From NCBI GenBank assembly GCA_951406725.2, contig OX597820.1, positions 31,310,001-31,374,000 on the forward strand: a DNA stretch of 64,000 bases, written 5' to 3'. A program made the position numbers and the translations under genes. Source of the DNA: Octopus vulgaris. Taxonomy: Eukaryota. Below are positions 1-13,059 of this stretch, in pieces (positions within the stretch are counted from its first letter, which is position 1; every line of letters begins with the position of its first letter). Below the pieces are notes generated by a model. The model did no database searches. It was not told the origin of the DNA and worked only from the letters and a program-made list of their open reading frames with translations.

Positions 1-248
1 AGTCCATCATATATATATAATTTGTGTGTTTTTATGTCTGTGCCTCCCCCCATCACTTGACAACTGATGCTATGATGATAGTGTGCTTACATCTCCATAA
101 CTTAGCGGTTCAGCAAAAGAGACTGGTAGAATAAGTACTAGGCTTACAAAGAAGTCCTGGAGTATTTTGCTTTGACTAAAAACTCTTATAAGGCAGTGCT
201 CCAGCATGGCTGTAATCAAAATGACTGAAACAGGTAAAAGAATAAATA
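1..248 (+). mobile_element. SINE family A, 3' half (cut by window edge)
   Basis: Matches the 3' module of the full copies at 51871-52310 and 45953-46325 (cttagcggttcagcaaaagagac...agaataagtactaggcttacaaag...gtgctccagcatggc...aaagaataaa). Confidence 0.85.
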
Positions 249-842
249 AATGTACCTGTACATTAGTATAACTGATACAAGTTTATTTTATAATGTACTG
301 TGCAAGGTACTAGTTGGTGCAAAGTATCAGAAAACTAGTCTAGCACCCATGTGAATCAGCTCATAAATTGGTGTGGATAATAAGAGGTTCTGGACCATCA
401 GTGTAACAGAAAGATGGTACTGTATATTTATACTTTCTATCATATTGTTATTGTTTAGCCTCAGACCAGACCTGATTCAGCATACCTATAATAATCAAAG
501 GTGTTCCTTATGTGGCCATTAATTCACAGAGTACATTATTCACTGGGTCTCCAGCCAATTTGTGCTAGTATGCTAAGTGGATGTAAAATGACAACGATAA
601 TGGCATATGTTCTTTTAGAAGGTTAAGGGACTGTGATTTGAGGGAGATTTGCTTCTTATTTCTAGTAGATCAAGAGATCTCATAGAGGCTCCTCCATTAG
701 CTTGTTTTTTCATTTTGTTTTATTCAGCACAAAAATCTATACCCTAGATACATAGAAAATTATATATACATTAAATATACATACATACACACACACACAC
801 ACATCTTCATCACATGCAACTGAAGTAATATTGAATTAAAAT

Positions 843-1033
843 AGTCATCTATGAATAATAATGTACATACATCTCTGAAATGCAAATTTACTGTGGTAGT
901 TGTCTGTACATCTCTATGTACATGCTGTTTTAAAAACACATAATGTCCATAAGAGGTGTTATCTCCAGAGAAATACTGCAGTAAATTTGCCTTTCAACCA
1001 TGTATTTACAATGAACACGATGCATAGATGACT
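843..1033. repeat. Degenerate ~190-bp foldback palindrome (probable old MITE)
   Basis: Nested complementary blocks agtcatctatg/catagatgact, tgtacatacat/atgtatttaca, gcaaatttactgtggta/tactgcagtaaatttgc and acatctctatgtacat/atgtccataagaggtgt around a central tgttttaaaaaca. Confidence 0.7.
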
Positions 1034-1387
1034 CTCTCTCTCTCTTATATGAATTGCAGTCAAGAAGTGTGCTGGAAGACATGAAACATAAAAGGGATGA
1101 GCTCAGTAGAAAGTTCTACATTTCTCTCCCATACCTAATGCAGTTACATGAAGGCCATCAAACCTCAAACAGACTAGCATGCAGAATCCAATCCATGCTC
1201 TAGTAATAACATGAAAAACATAATTAGTATATTAAGCTTTATATAACGCACACATGCTTCAGTAAAACGCCCAGTAATATTACATAAGGCAACTTAGCCA
1301 GATACAGTCAATTCATCTCCTCAGCATTCACAGTGAAAAATATGTGCAAGCGCATGTTGCTCAAATGCAAACAAAACTCTAAATACG

Positions 1388-1600
1388 GGTTTCAAATTTT
1401 GGGCACAAGGCCAGCAATTTCGGTGAGAGGGTAAGTTGATTAAACCAATCCCATTGGTCAACTGGTAGTTATTTTATCGACCCTGAAAGGGATAAAAGGC
1501 AAAGTCAACCTCAGCTGAATTTGAACTCGCAACATAAAATTGGATGAAATGCCACTAAGCATTTTGTCAGGTATGCTAACGATTCTGCTGGCTCACCATC
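1388..1600 (-). mobile_element. SINE family B copy
   Basis: Reverse complement has the family B head (gagccagcagaatcgttagca...gagttcaaattc) and core (gcctttt-atccctttcagggtcgataaa...taccag). Confidence 0.85.
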
Positions 1601-3369
1601 TCAAACAAAGCTATAAATATTAGCTCATAATACATACTGAGTAAAACACACCCCTTAAATGGAAAAAAAAACTAGATCCATCGTTTTCTATTTGAGGTAA
1701 ATTTAGCCAACATATGAGCTAATATTTATACCTTCACTAGAACTTAAGCAGCTCTTTTTAATAGATATTTTTAATTTTCAAAGCTTCAAATGAACCAAAA
1801 CAAATTTTATACACACACACACATACACTCACATATATAAACACACACAAACACGTACAGCTTCCCAACCATGTGGTTTTGATTTCAGCCTGAGTAAATC
1901 TGGTGGACAAAAATTGAAAGAACAGTATGCGAGATGGTATTATTGTTTCTCCTGTCAAAAATATCATGCAGGCCTTTAGTGCCTTCAAAGTCATGTGGAA
2001 TAAGTGATCCTTTAAGATTGATCAAGGGAAGTACCAGTCTGTAAAACAATGCCTCAAATTACATTAACCCATGCATGAAAGGAAAAACAAACAAAAGGAA
2101 AAAAATGAATGAAGTATGTATGTATGTATGTATGTATAAAACATGTTGAAATATTTGAATCCTCTCACTATGATTCCAACAGTAGGAAGTAAAAAAGAGC
2201 AGGCTTGCTTGAAAGTGTTACTGCCAGATAATCCCAAGAGCCAGTCTTCAGTGATGCATTAGTGCTAAGAATAATGAATGGAACTACTGTAACCATCCAA
2301 AGATGTGCTGTAACCACCCAAAACATTGAGTTTTGCTCACCCATAACTAATCATAAAATAATGAGGTAATCCAACCTCTATACAACTGTCTGATCTGTTA
2401 GACATGGCAGCCAAATTTTCTGAAATGAAACCTTACTGCCTCAAAAAAAGAAAAGAAAAAAGGGCCACATTGGGATTGAATGTCCATGGCTGAAATATCT
2501 GAGTTCCATCAACAATCACTACAATACAAAATATATGCATGCATGCGCGCACACACACACACACAGGTGTATATATCTCACAGCATGTGACTGGAGGTGG
2601 GTATCACCAGCAAAAGACCGATGGAATAAGGACCAATGTTAAAAAAAACCCCCCAAAAAACCAAATATGGTTGGTTTGTTCAACTAAAACTCTCCAAGGC
2701 GGTGTCCCATAAGTGAAAACAAGAGATAAAAGATTATATAAATATATGTGTGTGTGTGTGTGTGTGCATGTGTATGTATGTGTGTGTTAAGTGGAGAAGC
2801 AGTGACGAGTGTACATGCTGTAAATAATAAGCTTAAAGCTTATAATTATTTACAGAATATGTGTGTGCAAGAGAGAGAGAGAGAGAGAGAGAAAGAGAAA
2901 GAAGGCATAATCTAAATTATCGGATTTCATAAATTACAGTTTGTGTGCGAATATCTGCATGTGTAAGTGCATGCATATGCATACATGCACATATGGATAT
3001 ATGGAAGCAATACGAAAGTAATCATATGCAGTGACACTCAAAGTTGACAAAATAGCCTATCAAATATGGAAAGACAACAGAATATCGCCATTAATTCTAA
3101 TTAAGCAGTAGGAGTAGTAACAGCAGCAGCAGTCTATATGTGGTTACCATGGTGACTGGTAACAACAATTGATTGATCTCTAAATACAAAATATTAAGAC
3201 TAGCATTGATTTCCTCATCCTACTCCTCCACATAACGTAACTGATCATTACTCGTTACAGTGGGTAGACTTCTTTCTACGTAATACGATTGTTGCATCAG
3301 ACTGCGTGCTGTCAGAAGCCCAGCTTGTATTGAGTGAATGAATACATGCCTGCAGACTGGTACAAGCCA

Positions 3370-3600
3370 CATAAGGGACCTTGATAATGCTTGATCGACC
3401 CCGTTAGAAACAGCAGCTTCAAATCTCCTTCAAATCACACCCTACCGCGTCTTTAAAAAGGAAGGAAAACACTGGATAATGTATAGTCCTCGATGCGCTA
3501 TGATTAAATAAATAGGTGGACAGGTCACAGCTGAAATAAGGCTTTGGAAAGGTCACGAATGGAAGGAGGCTTATGTAAAGTTAAACGACAACAATAAATA
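3370..3600 (+). repeat. Old interspersed repeat family E (representative; many decayed copies, e.g. ~450-700, 4050-4340, 20460-20660, 27330-27790, 32790-33000, 33880-34320, 37310-37700)
   Basis: Recurrent motif tagaaatagcagccaaatctccctcaaatcacaccctac...ggataatgtagtcctaga...ggggctaaacaacaac on both strands throughout the window. The (AAC)n-like end suggests a retroposon 3' end. Confidence 0.7.
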
Positions 3601-3629
3601 AATGAGTTGAAATGTGTTGAGCAGACAAC

Positions 3630-3844
3630 TTACTCTTTTACTCGTTTCAGTCATTTGACTGTGGCCACGCTGGAGCACCGCCTTTAGTTGAGCAAATCGA
3701 CCACAGGACTTATTCTTTGTAAGCCTAGTACTTATTCTATCGGTCTCTTTGCTGAACCACTAAGTTATGGGGACGTAAACACACTAGCCTCGGTTGTCAA
3801 GTAATGTTGGGGGGGGGGGGGGGGAAACACAGATACAAACATAT

Positions 3845-3877
<33 letters not shown>

Positions 3878-4048
3878 CATATATATGACAGGCTTCTTTC
3901 AGTTTCCGTCTACCAAATTCACTCACAAGGCTTTGGTTGGCCCGAGGCTATAGTAGAAGACACTTGTCCAAGGTGCTACGCAGTGGGACTGAACCCAGAA
4001 CCATGTGGTTGGTAAGGAAGCTACTTACCACACAGCCACTCCTGTGCC
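3630..4048 (-). mobile_element. tRNA-derived SINE family A, full length with internal (TA)n/(TG)n
   Basis: Minus strand starts ggcacaggagtggctgtgtggtaag (A-box-like), then gggttcagtccc (B-box-like), ccttggacaagtgtcttct core, internal microsatellite, 3' module and aaagagt-type tail. Highly similar to 25388-25802, 49238-49675 and 51871-52310. Confidence 0.92.
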
Positions 4049-5204
4049 TTAGTAGAAATAGTGACTGAATATCCTTCAAATTTTAAAAAGGAAGGCTATG
4101 TTAAATAATGTAGTCCTAGATATACTACGACTGAATAAATAAACAGTGGTTACAGATGGAATGACTGCTCTGTGGCTAAACAACAACTGAACATTGAAGG
4201 AAACCACCACATAATTATTGAACCATGCTAAAAATAAATCCAATTTCCTGCAAATCTCACACCTTCCAAATACACACGCTGGTGTGTATTTGATCATAGG
4301 TCCTTTTGAATAGAGCTGAACTGGGCTGAATAACAAGATGGACAAGACAGAGTTTGAACCAGCAAAAAAAAAAAAAATATATAAAGACTTTTGTAGACGT
4401 TTGTTCCCAGAGGCTTTATATAGTAAACAAGTGACTTTATCATATCTTGTATGAAGAGTACAATTACTTTATCAGGTTATAAGATTAATAAACAGAATAA
4501 ATAATAAATGCATAAATAATGTGTGAATAGAGTCATAAGTGGCTCAATGAAGGGCAGGCAGCATCAAAGGTCTGTATTTGAACACTAGACAGATAAAAGA
4601 TTGGGGCTCTTGTGAACATTTTTCATTAACAGAATTTATAAGATACAAATAAAGCTAACTGACACTTGCCTTCTCTTGCATTCATTCTGTTACATAACTT
4701 ATTCTTCTGACATTGGCAGATGGCCTTAAACTCCTGAAGACATCCACAGAGAGTCATGTGTATATACACATACAAACTGACATGCATGAATGCAAACACA
4801 AGCACTTGAACAGATACGTATGAATGCAGGCAAGATGTATGTATGCACACACAGATGAACACTCATGCATACAGACATACACATATACAATTATGTATTA
4901 TGGTAAAACATACTGATGTAAACACACACTAAAATCAAGATCAGAGAGCAAATTTACCTATCTATTTAGCTCTTCCCGAAAGATTAGATCAAACAGATAA
5001 GAGACTATTAAGATACGAATGCAGTGAGTATATTAACAGATAAATATCTATGATAGATATCTGTTTATTGTCAGTTCAAACTGAAAGTGTTTCGGTGCAA
5101 GAGACAACATTACAGCACTTAAAAGTATAAAGTCTAGATTAATTCAGAATATCACACTATAATGATGGACTTTATTAGTTAATGTAACATGTAAGGGTTT
5201 AAAA

Positions 5205-5362
5205 GTCCTTTGGTCCAGTTGTGGGTGTCTGGTTAAAAGTTTGCTTTGCAACCATGCGATTTTGGTTCAGCCCCACTGTACATCACCCTGGGCAATGTCT
5301 TTTATAGCCCTGAGCCAACAAATGCCTACTGAGTAAAGTTAGCAGATGGAAACTTTATAGGA

Positions 5363-5394
<32 letters not shown>

Positions 5395-5595
5395 CAACAG
5401 GACTCATCACTTAACCAATGTGGGTTTGCATGTCTGTAACTAAGTAGTTTGGCAAAAAAAAAAAAGAAAGCTCAATAGAATAAGTACCGGACCTAAAACA
5501 TAAGTACTGGTATCAAACTGGTCAACTACACTCTTCAGGCAGTACTCTAGCATGACTGCAGCCAATGATTTAAACAAGTAAATGAATAAAATAAT
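5205..5595 (+). mobile_element. SINE family A, diverged copy
   Basis: Same head (ggttcagcccc), core, (TG)n hinge and 3' module order as the young copies, with many substitutions. Confidence 0.75.
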
Positions 5596-6007
5596 AAAAT
5601 GCAACCTTAAAAATATTAAGGTAATTGTTTAACCCTAAGTCAGCCTTGAAAGAGCAGAACTAAAATCAAAGGTGTGTGTCAGTCTTGACCATCCCAACTT
5701 TTTGTGTATCTAGAACTATGTTCAATATGCCCTAAATTTTTACAGGCAGTAAAGTGTGATTTCATTGATTTTTCATGCAAGTTGAGCAACCACAGAAAGA
5801 CACTTCCTTTTGTTCAATTCTATTTTAGTTTAATCAATGGTATTATAAGAAAAAAAAATCTAACTTGTATCATCAGGATACTATTTCTATTGTAATAATG
5901 TTCAACTTGTTGTTTTTTCCTCCTCAAGCCACACCTGGCTCATAAGGGCCAGGGCCAGGGCCAGTTTCCCAGTTTCAATGGCGTATAGGTTCCGCACCTG
6001 GACAGGA

Positions 6008-6676
6008 TGCAAAATTTTTTTTTCTCACTAGAGTTCCGGACCCTATTTATGAATCATTTGCATACAGCCAATCAGAGCTCAACTATCAAACTAATTTATG
6101 AACGCATAACAAGTCATGGGTGATATGATAATGTCACTTGGATAAAGAATGACCATGCTTCGTTTCTCTTTTAATAATGCTTGTTGATTTTATTCTTGTT
6201 TCAACCATGGCTGCCTCTGCATAATTATTTGTGTTGTTTACTTTGTAAAACAGTAAGGGGAGAGGGTTGCTCACACATCACCTTCTATCCACACTTTTCC
6301 CATCCACATCTTTACCATATGGGACCCTAACAAAATCCGATTATAAGTATAGAGGCAAATTTATCTAATTACTTGTCTCCTTCAAAAATCAGGCATTACT
6401 TGGCGATCGGTCAACTTACACCACTGTTCTTTGTCTTGAGTTTACTTGGTAGAGTGTGTTTTACCAATAGATTGGTTTTTAACACATTCATGAATGTTAT
6501 GTTGGCCTTTGCGTCTTAGCATAATCTGAGAGCTGAACAGATCTGCTCCATTGACAGCATAGCAGCCTCTGTGTAGTCATTTGTGTACAACAAGCTCAAG
6601 GTGAGCTCTAATTGGCTGTATGCAAATGAGTTCATTACTGGGGTCTGGAACTATCGTGGGAAAAAAAAATTTTGCA
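6008..6676. mobile_element. Non-autonomous DNA transposon with ~75-bp TIRs (superfamily unassigned)
   Basis: 6008-6081 (tgcaaaattttttttt...atttgcatacagccaatcagagctca) is the inverted complement of 6602-6676. Flanks gacagga (6001-6007) and aacagga (6677-6683) look like a 7-bp TSD with one mismatch. Confidence 0.8.
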
Positions 6677-6833
6677 AACAGGACACCTGTCCATCACATT
6701 TCAACTTATGAATTATTGATTACTAACATTAACAAATTTTCAAGGAAGAGGAAGTGAGGATTAACTGATGACCATGCTCCATGTGCTTGACTGCTACTTA
6801 TTTTCTTATAGAGAGAGAGAGAATGAGAGAGAA

Positions 6834-6872
<39 letters not shown>

Positions 6873-7885
6873 AAGAAAGAGAGAATGAGAGAGAGAAAGA
6901 GAGGTTATCTTGGCTAATGTAGTAACAGATAACTCAGAAAAAGAGGGGATGGTCAGATAGAATGTCTCTGATCAGAGGTTGATCAGGTATGATATAGGGT
7001 TAAACTATTTATGTGTGTGTGTGTCCCATCATCATTCTTTTTGTCTACTTTCTCTACAGGCATGGGTTGCACAATGCATGCACACGCACGCGCATGTGTG
7101 TGTGTGCGTGTATGTGTGTGTACATGTGTGTGTGTGTGTGTGCGTGTGTGTGTGTGTGCATGCATGCGTATGTGTGTGTGAGTTTGGGGTCTCCTTTTCT
7201 TGATATCATGTTTAGTAATTCTAAACAAATGCCATGGAGCAAATGGTGTAATTCATTTGCAAGCTTCCATGCAAACATATCCAGCTATTGTACTGTTCAT
7301 GTTGGAATAGTACAATAGGGTAAATATTACGTTGCTTGGAAAACAGTGAAGGTCAGTGATAGCAGGAACATCCAGGTTCAGTTGCTGAAAACATTACTTC
7401 AATAAATTTCATCTAATCCATGCAAGCATGGAAAAGTGGATATAAAAATAACAATATCATCATTGTCATTTTAATATTCATTTTTCCACACTTGCATAAG
7501 CTGGATAGAATCCTTTGACACAGATTTTCTATGACCCGTGGTTTCTAAGTAAAGTAATATTTTCCCTATGGACAGACATGTTCACACAGAATACTGGAAA
7601 TGAATGACACTGCTGATATGACAGTGTCACTCATTTACAACTGTCACATGCTGTCGACATTCCCGAACTGGGCTGTGTGTTGAGTTCTACACACTATTTC
7701 AGGAGGAAACAAATTCAAAGAAGCTATATTGCCACATAGAATACAGAACTCACATGTAAGTTTGAGAATGAAAAGAAAACATCTAAACCATAATAATTAG
7801 TTGGACAAACTATATTTTGCTGAATTAACAATTATGGATTAAATGTTTATATTACACACACACACCTATTAAGTAAGAATCTTTA

Positions 7886-8102
7886 CTCCATGAGTATTTA
7901 AACCAGCCATATCCAGTCCAAATATTTTATCTGTTTTACATTCAAACCAGCCAGATTTGATCTCTCACACCTACCCTACAATATTCTAAAACTGCATCAA
8001 TCACATTACTGAACTCTCAAAGCTTTGTGATAATGTATGATTAATTCAAAACAATGTGAATAAATAAGCTTTGCATTTGACAAAAATCTGAATGCTAAAG
8101 GG
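7886..8102. mobile_element. piggyBac-type MITE, decayed left end
   Basis: Body is homologous to 45336-45555 and 10723-10930. Ends in aatgctaaaggg|TTAA. Confidence 0.7.
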
Positions 8103-9043
8103 TTAAAATGAAAGTAGACAGAAATTGTCCAAATGAATGTATACAGTTCTTGAGAAGACCAATGTTTGGTAGAAAGCTTGCACTCTTTCAGCTGCAAAAT
8201 CTTTCAATATCATTCATATTACTAGAATCCATTCAGACAGACATGAGCACAATTTTTGCAAAAAAAATATGCAAAAAAAGAATTTCATTTGGCTTACAAA
8301 GTAACTCAAAATAGGTCATATTCTTTAGTATATGGATTCATAAGCTGCTTTTTCATTGGTTGATATAACAAAAGATTTCCCCAAGGTGTACAGATTTGAC
8401 TTAGGGGAACTGATGTTAATCAAATCTAGTTAGATTTTGCAAGCAGTATAAATTTTAGAGAATATTTTACAATTAAAAGAAAAAAATTTTTTATATATTT
8501 AAATAATTTTATAAAATTTCTTTTAATAAAATAAAATGATTTCTTTTATTAAATTAAAAAAAAATATTTATAAAATAAATAAAATTTATTAAATTATAAC
8601 ACATAAACATTGCTGTAGGCCAGATCCAACAAGCAAGTTTCTGAGTAGTCACTCAATCTGCTTAAAATAGCAGCCAAATTCCCCTACCATCTTATAAAAG
8701 AAGAGGAAATTACATAATCAAGTTGCACATATCCCTAAAAATATTGTATGGTAAGTCTGGTGGAACAAAGCTGAACTGAAACCAATCAACAACAGAATTT
8801 TTACAGCTATTAATTAAACAGGTGAAGATTCCTCATGATTTATTGGACAAAGTTAAACGCTTGGAATGTTGATGAGTTGGGCTCAACTATTAGCAGTGAA
8901 GCATTTCCAAATGCAAATTAAAATGATTTATTGGACTCAGATACACCAAGAAGTCAATGATATAGATACAGCAGCTGTCACCATGGAAATCCTATTAATT
9001 GCTATATTAGTGACATCATACACAGATGTGAATATAGTTTTAA

Positions 9044-9500
9044 AGGCATGGCAGCATGGTTAACAAGCTTGCTTCCCAACCATGTGGTTTTGGGTTCAGT
9101 CCCACTGGGCATCATTTTGGGTAAGTGTTTCTTTTTTGGGTCTTTTTCATAATAGCCCCTGGCCAAGCAAAGTTTTGTGAATGAATTTGATAGATGGAAA
9201 ATGAAAGAAACCCATTATTTATTTACATGTATATTTACATATTCATATATGTATGTATGAAGATATGTGTAGCCTTGCCTTAACATCACATGATGGTCAT
9301 AAACAAGCAGCACCATTATAGAGGTGGTGGTGTTGGTTCCCAATTTTCTATGAACATGTCTGGCTAAAGAGAAATATTACCTTACATGGAAACAGATGAG
9401 GATTGGCAGCAGGAAGGCCATTTGGCTGTAAAAAATCTGCCTCAAATTCTGCCCAACCCATGTGAAAATACAAAGTGGAGGTTATGGTAATGATGCTGAT
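9044..9500 (+). mobile_element. SINE with family A head and alternative (RTE-like) 3' module
   Basis: Head gggttcagtcccactg and ttgggtaagtgtt core as in family A. After the microsatellite hinge a different tail follows (ggaaacagatgaggattggcagcaggaaggcc...aacccatg...gatgctgat). Similar copies at ~27893-28790 and 48286-48640. Confidence 0.65.
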
Positions 9501-10251
9501 TTGCCTACATCAAGCCATCATGCCTATGTTAACATTTAATTCTGTAAAATATTTTTTGTTACTGGTTTCTGGTTTCAGTCCATGGAATACAGCCATGCTA
9601 CAGCACTGCTTTCTCAGTTGTACTTGAATATATTCACCCCAGTACTTTCTGTACCAATTTCAAAAGGATGAAAGAAAGTCTACATTAAATTTAAAACACA
9701 CACACACACTTCAAAGTGAAAAGGTACAAAATGGAAAACAAACCGATAAAAATAATTTTTCAATTTGGCCATTATCAAGTTTTAAATGTGGCAAATAGAA
9801 TTGCACATCCTATCACAGATACAAAAGGGAAGAAGTAGGAAGGAGTTGGATATCCTATCATATCCACCCAATCATCCTTTCTGTTTTATGCAGGTCTGAA
9901 ACTGAGACTTTTAGGAGCAGAGATAGTGATAGGAGAAGGGAGATATGGAATATCAGGATATTTATGATATTTCACAACTAAATCAGCAGTAGTAAAATGG
10001 TTTTAAAAACCAAGGCCAATTCCAGCACTTGGTTCAAGACCTTAATTTTACAGTACTTATAATATCTGCAAAATTAAAAATTTCTTGAGATTAGCCATAG
10101 CAAGACTAAATTTCTGTAGAAGTAGTGAGCATATTTCAATTAAATTAATTCCAGTATATTGAATGGTACAAAAGCCTGGACTCCAGGCAGTTCATAATGG
10201 GAACAAGGTTTAGTATGAAATAAAACTTAATCACCAGTGATTGAATTATAT

Positions 10252-10640
10252 AGGAACAGGTATGGCTTTATGTTTAAGAAGTTTGCATCACAACCATGTG
10301 GTAGTTTGGGGCTCAATCCTATTGTGCAGCACATGGGGCAAGTGCCTTGTACTATGGGCACCAGTGTCTTGAGAGTAAAATAGACTTGAGAGTGTGTGGA
10401 CTTGAGAGTGCGTGCATGCATGTGTGTGCATTTATGCATGCATATATACATACATACAGGACTGTTTGTTGTTACTTCTTCCACACAGTTTGACTTAGAG
10501 ATTTGGCAACAAAGAGACCGATCAAGTAAATACTAGACTTAAAAAAAGTACTGGGTTTGGTTTGGTCAACTAAACTTTTCAGGGCAATGCTTCAGCATGG
10601 CCAAGGGTGAAGGACAGAAAGAAGCAAAAAACTAAAAGCA
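10252..10640 (+). mobile_element. SINE family A, diverged copy
   Basis: Head, core, hinge and 3' module are recognisable by similarity to the young copies. Confidence 0.7.
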
Positions 10641-10722
10641 AGAATGGTTAAGTTATATTTAAATCAATGTGTCACCTCATTATCCTCAATGTGTGTTCAA
10701 ACAGATGCTCATCTACATTCAA

Positions 10723-10930
10723 CCCTTTAGCATTTAAACCAACCATATCTTCAGCCCAACATTTTCCACTTATTTTATATTTAAACTGGCCAGATTTTTC
10801 CTACCTAATAGTGTCATTATAAAAATAAGCAATCACATCATTGAAATCTTAATGCTACATAATACATGATAAATCCAAAACAATGCAATAAATAAGCATT
10901 ACATTTGACAGTAAGCTGAACACTAAAGGG
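10723..10930. mobile_element. piggyBac-type MITE
   Basis: tcaa|ccctttagcatt ... cactaaaggg|ttaa. CCC/GGG termini with a TTAA-like TSD are diagnostic of piggyBac. Confidence 0.8.
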
Positions 10931-10972
10931 TTAAACACACTTGGCCTCCATACACACATAACCTAAGTGTCC

Positions 10973-11035
10973 AAAACTTCTGCACCATCCCGTATCAAAT
11001 GTATTACATTTGATACAGCATGGTGCAGAACTTTT
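10973..11035. repeat. 63-bp near-perfect palindrome built from two Tc1-like transposon ends
   Basis: aaaacttctgcaccat..cgtatcaaatgta t tacatttgatac..atggtgcagaactttt. The arms resemble TA|CAG..GGTGCA.AA.TTTTGGACAC Tc1-type termini. Confidence 0.7.
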
Positions 11036-12311
11036 AATGAACTTTCTGAAAGAAATACAAACACACAAAGAACAAAATGAAAACATTATGGCATTACATG
11101 GCCACAAAATTTAAGAAAGGTGTAGTGTACAGCTGATTTGACTGTCCCTAAGATTTTTTTGGCTGGTACTTACTTGAGAGGTGAAGGCAAACACCGAAAG
11201 TGATAGTATTTGAAAAAACACAGAGGAAGAATGATGAAAGTGAATACTGTTAGCTACCAACTTTTCTACTACTCCACCACCTAGTAATAAATAACAACAA
11301 CGCAAACCCAATCGATCTTTTATAATTTGTGTCATCTTGATATAATGCTTGTCAAAATTGATTTTCTATTATTTTTCTTTTTGCTTTATGTATTTTTATT
11401 TTTGCTCCAGTTCATCATTGAATGCGGTGTCAAATAGTGTTTATTTAATATTCATCAGAAGAAAAGCTGGGTGAAGAAGCTAAAAGACAGCTGGAGTGAG
11501 CAAGGAAGAAGAAACCTGCTCACACTGTCTGTCTACTGTAGTGACATCTCACAGCTTCTAGGATCAAATGAAATGGGTGGAGAAGATATGATTATTCAAC
11601 TAGTCACCGGTAGTTGCTCCAGTTTCAATATGAAAATTTAATTTTCAGTCTGTTGAACATCCAGCCAGCAGCAACATCAGCGAAAAAGCAACAACTGTAG
11701 CTACAAGGCTACAAGGGAACCTCTACACAGTTGCTAGCCTTCAAGAAATAGCAGCCAAATCATACCCTACCATCTTGAAAAAACAAAAAAAAAGGCAACA
11801 TTGAACAATATAATCATTATCATTTTAACATCTGCTTTTCTAGATTTGCATGGACCAGACAAGAATATAATGAAGCAGAGTTTTCTATGGTCAGATGCTC
11901 TTTCTCATGCCAACCTCCACCAGCACCCAAGTGAAGTAACAATATCCCAGTCTATCGAATGACAGACATTTCAGACATGGTTATGTGGAAAACTGGAAGC
12001 AATTTACACCAGCTGAATGAGACTTTTGTTTACAAGGATCAAGCAGTATATCAAGATCAGTCAAGAAATTAGAACATGCTTTTGCTGTGGATTGCAATCA
12101 AACAATGCTGCCTACATGATATGAGACTGTGTTTACTACCAATGAACACATATAAAAATGAGGGGAAATACAAAATCACTCAAAATGTAGTCATAATACA
12201 TATGACTGAAGAAGCTTGACATAATCCTCTGACCCATCAGATCCTGTCAAACCACCCAACCCATACCAGCTGGGAGAATGGAATTTAAAAGGCGATGAAT
12301 GAAGATGTTAT

Positions 12312-12712
12312 CTTTTACTTGTTTCATTCATTAGACTGAGACCATGTTGGGGCACCGCCTTTAAGAATCTTCAGTCGAATGTATCAAACTACAGTACTTA
12401 TTTTTTGTTTTTTGCAAGCCTGCTACTTATCTTATTGGTCTCTCTTGCCAAACCACTAGGTAATGGGGACATAAACACACTAACACCAATTGTCAAGTGT
12501 TTAATGAGGGGGGCAAACAGACACATGCACACACACACACACACACACGCACATACATGGTGGGTTTCTTTCAGCTTCTGTCTACCAAATCCACTTGTAA
12601 GGCTTTGGTCGGCCTGAGACTATAGTAGAAGACACTTTCCCAAGGCACTGCACAGTAGGACTGAACCATGAACCATGTGGTTGGGAAGCAAGTTTCTTAC
12701 CACACAGCCACA
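12312..12712 (-). mobile_element. SINE family A copy
   Basis: Full module order on the minus strand with an internal (CA)n hinge. Confidence 0.88.
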
Positions 12713-13059
12713 TACATATAGTGACCATCTTTCACTTTGTGTTAACCAAATTCACTTACACAAAAAGACAATTGTCATGACTACAATATCTGAATCACAG
12801 CTCTACTCAATTTAGGCAGACATGGGGCTTACACAACAACAACTAAACAATGAACTAAAGCTTGTGTGTAATGGCTAAGCTTTGCATGCCTTCATTATAA
12901 TATAACAAAGACGTTGCTGGTATCACATTTATTTCATGGTTAATAGTTGATTCACCAATATAGGGGTAAAAATATAATTTCCCAAGTTGGTAAACATGGT
13001 ATTCACAAGAGTGCTGGCTAAGGTAACTTTGTGGATTTTTGGACCATCTTACATTTTCT

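Noticed and set aside
11174-11620. Minus-strand AG...GTAAGT segment and plus-strand SSEEKLGEEAKRQLE* reading
   Set aside because: The acceptor is weak, the plus-strand reading has in-frame stops, and the segment lies beside a Tc1-like end. Likely transposon debris.
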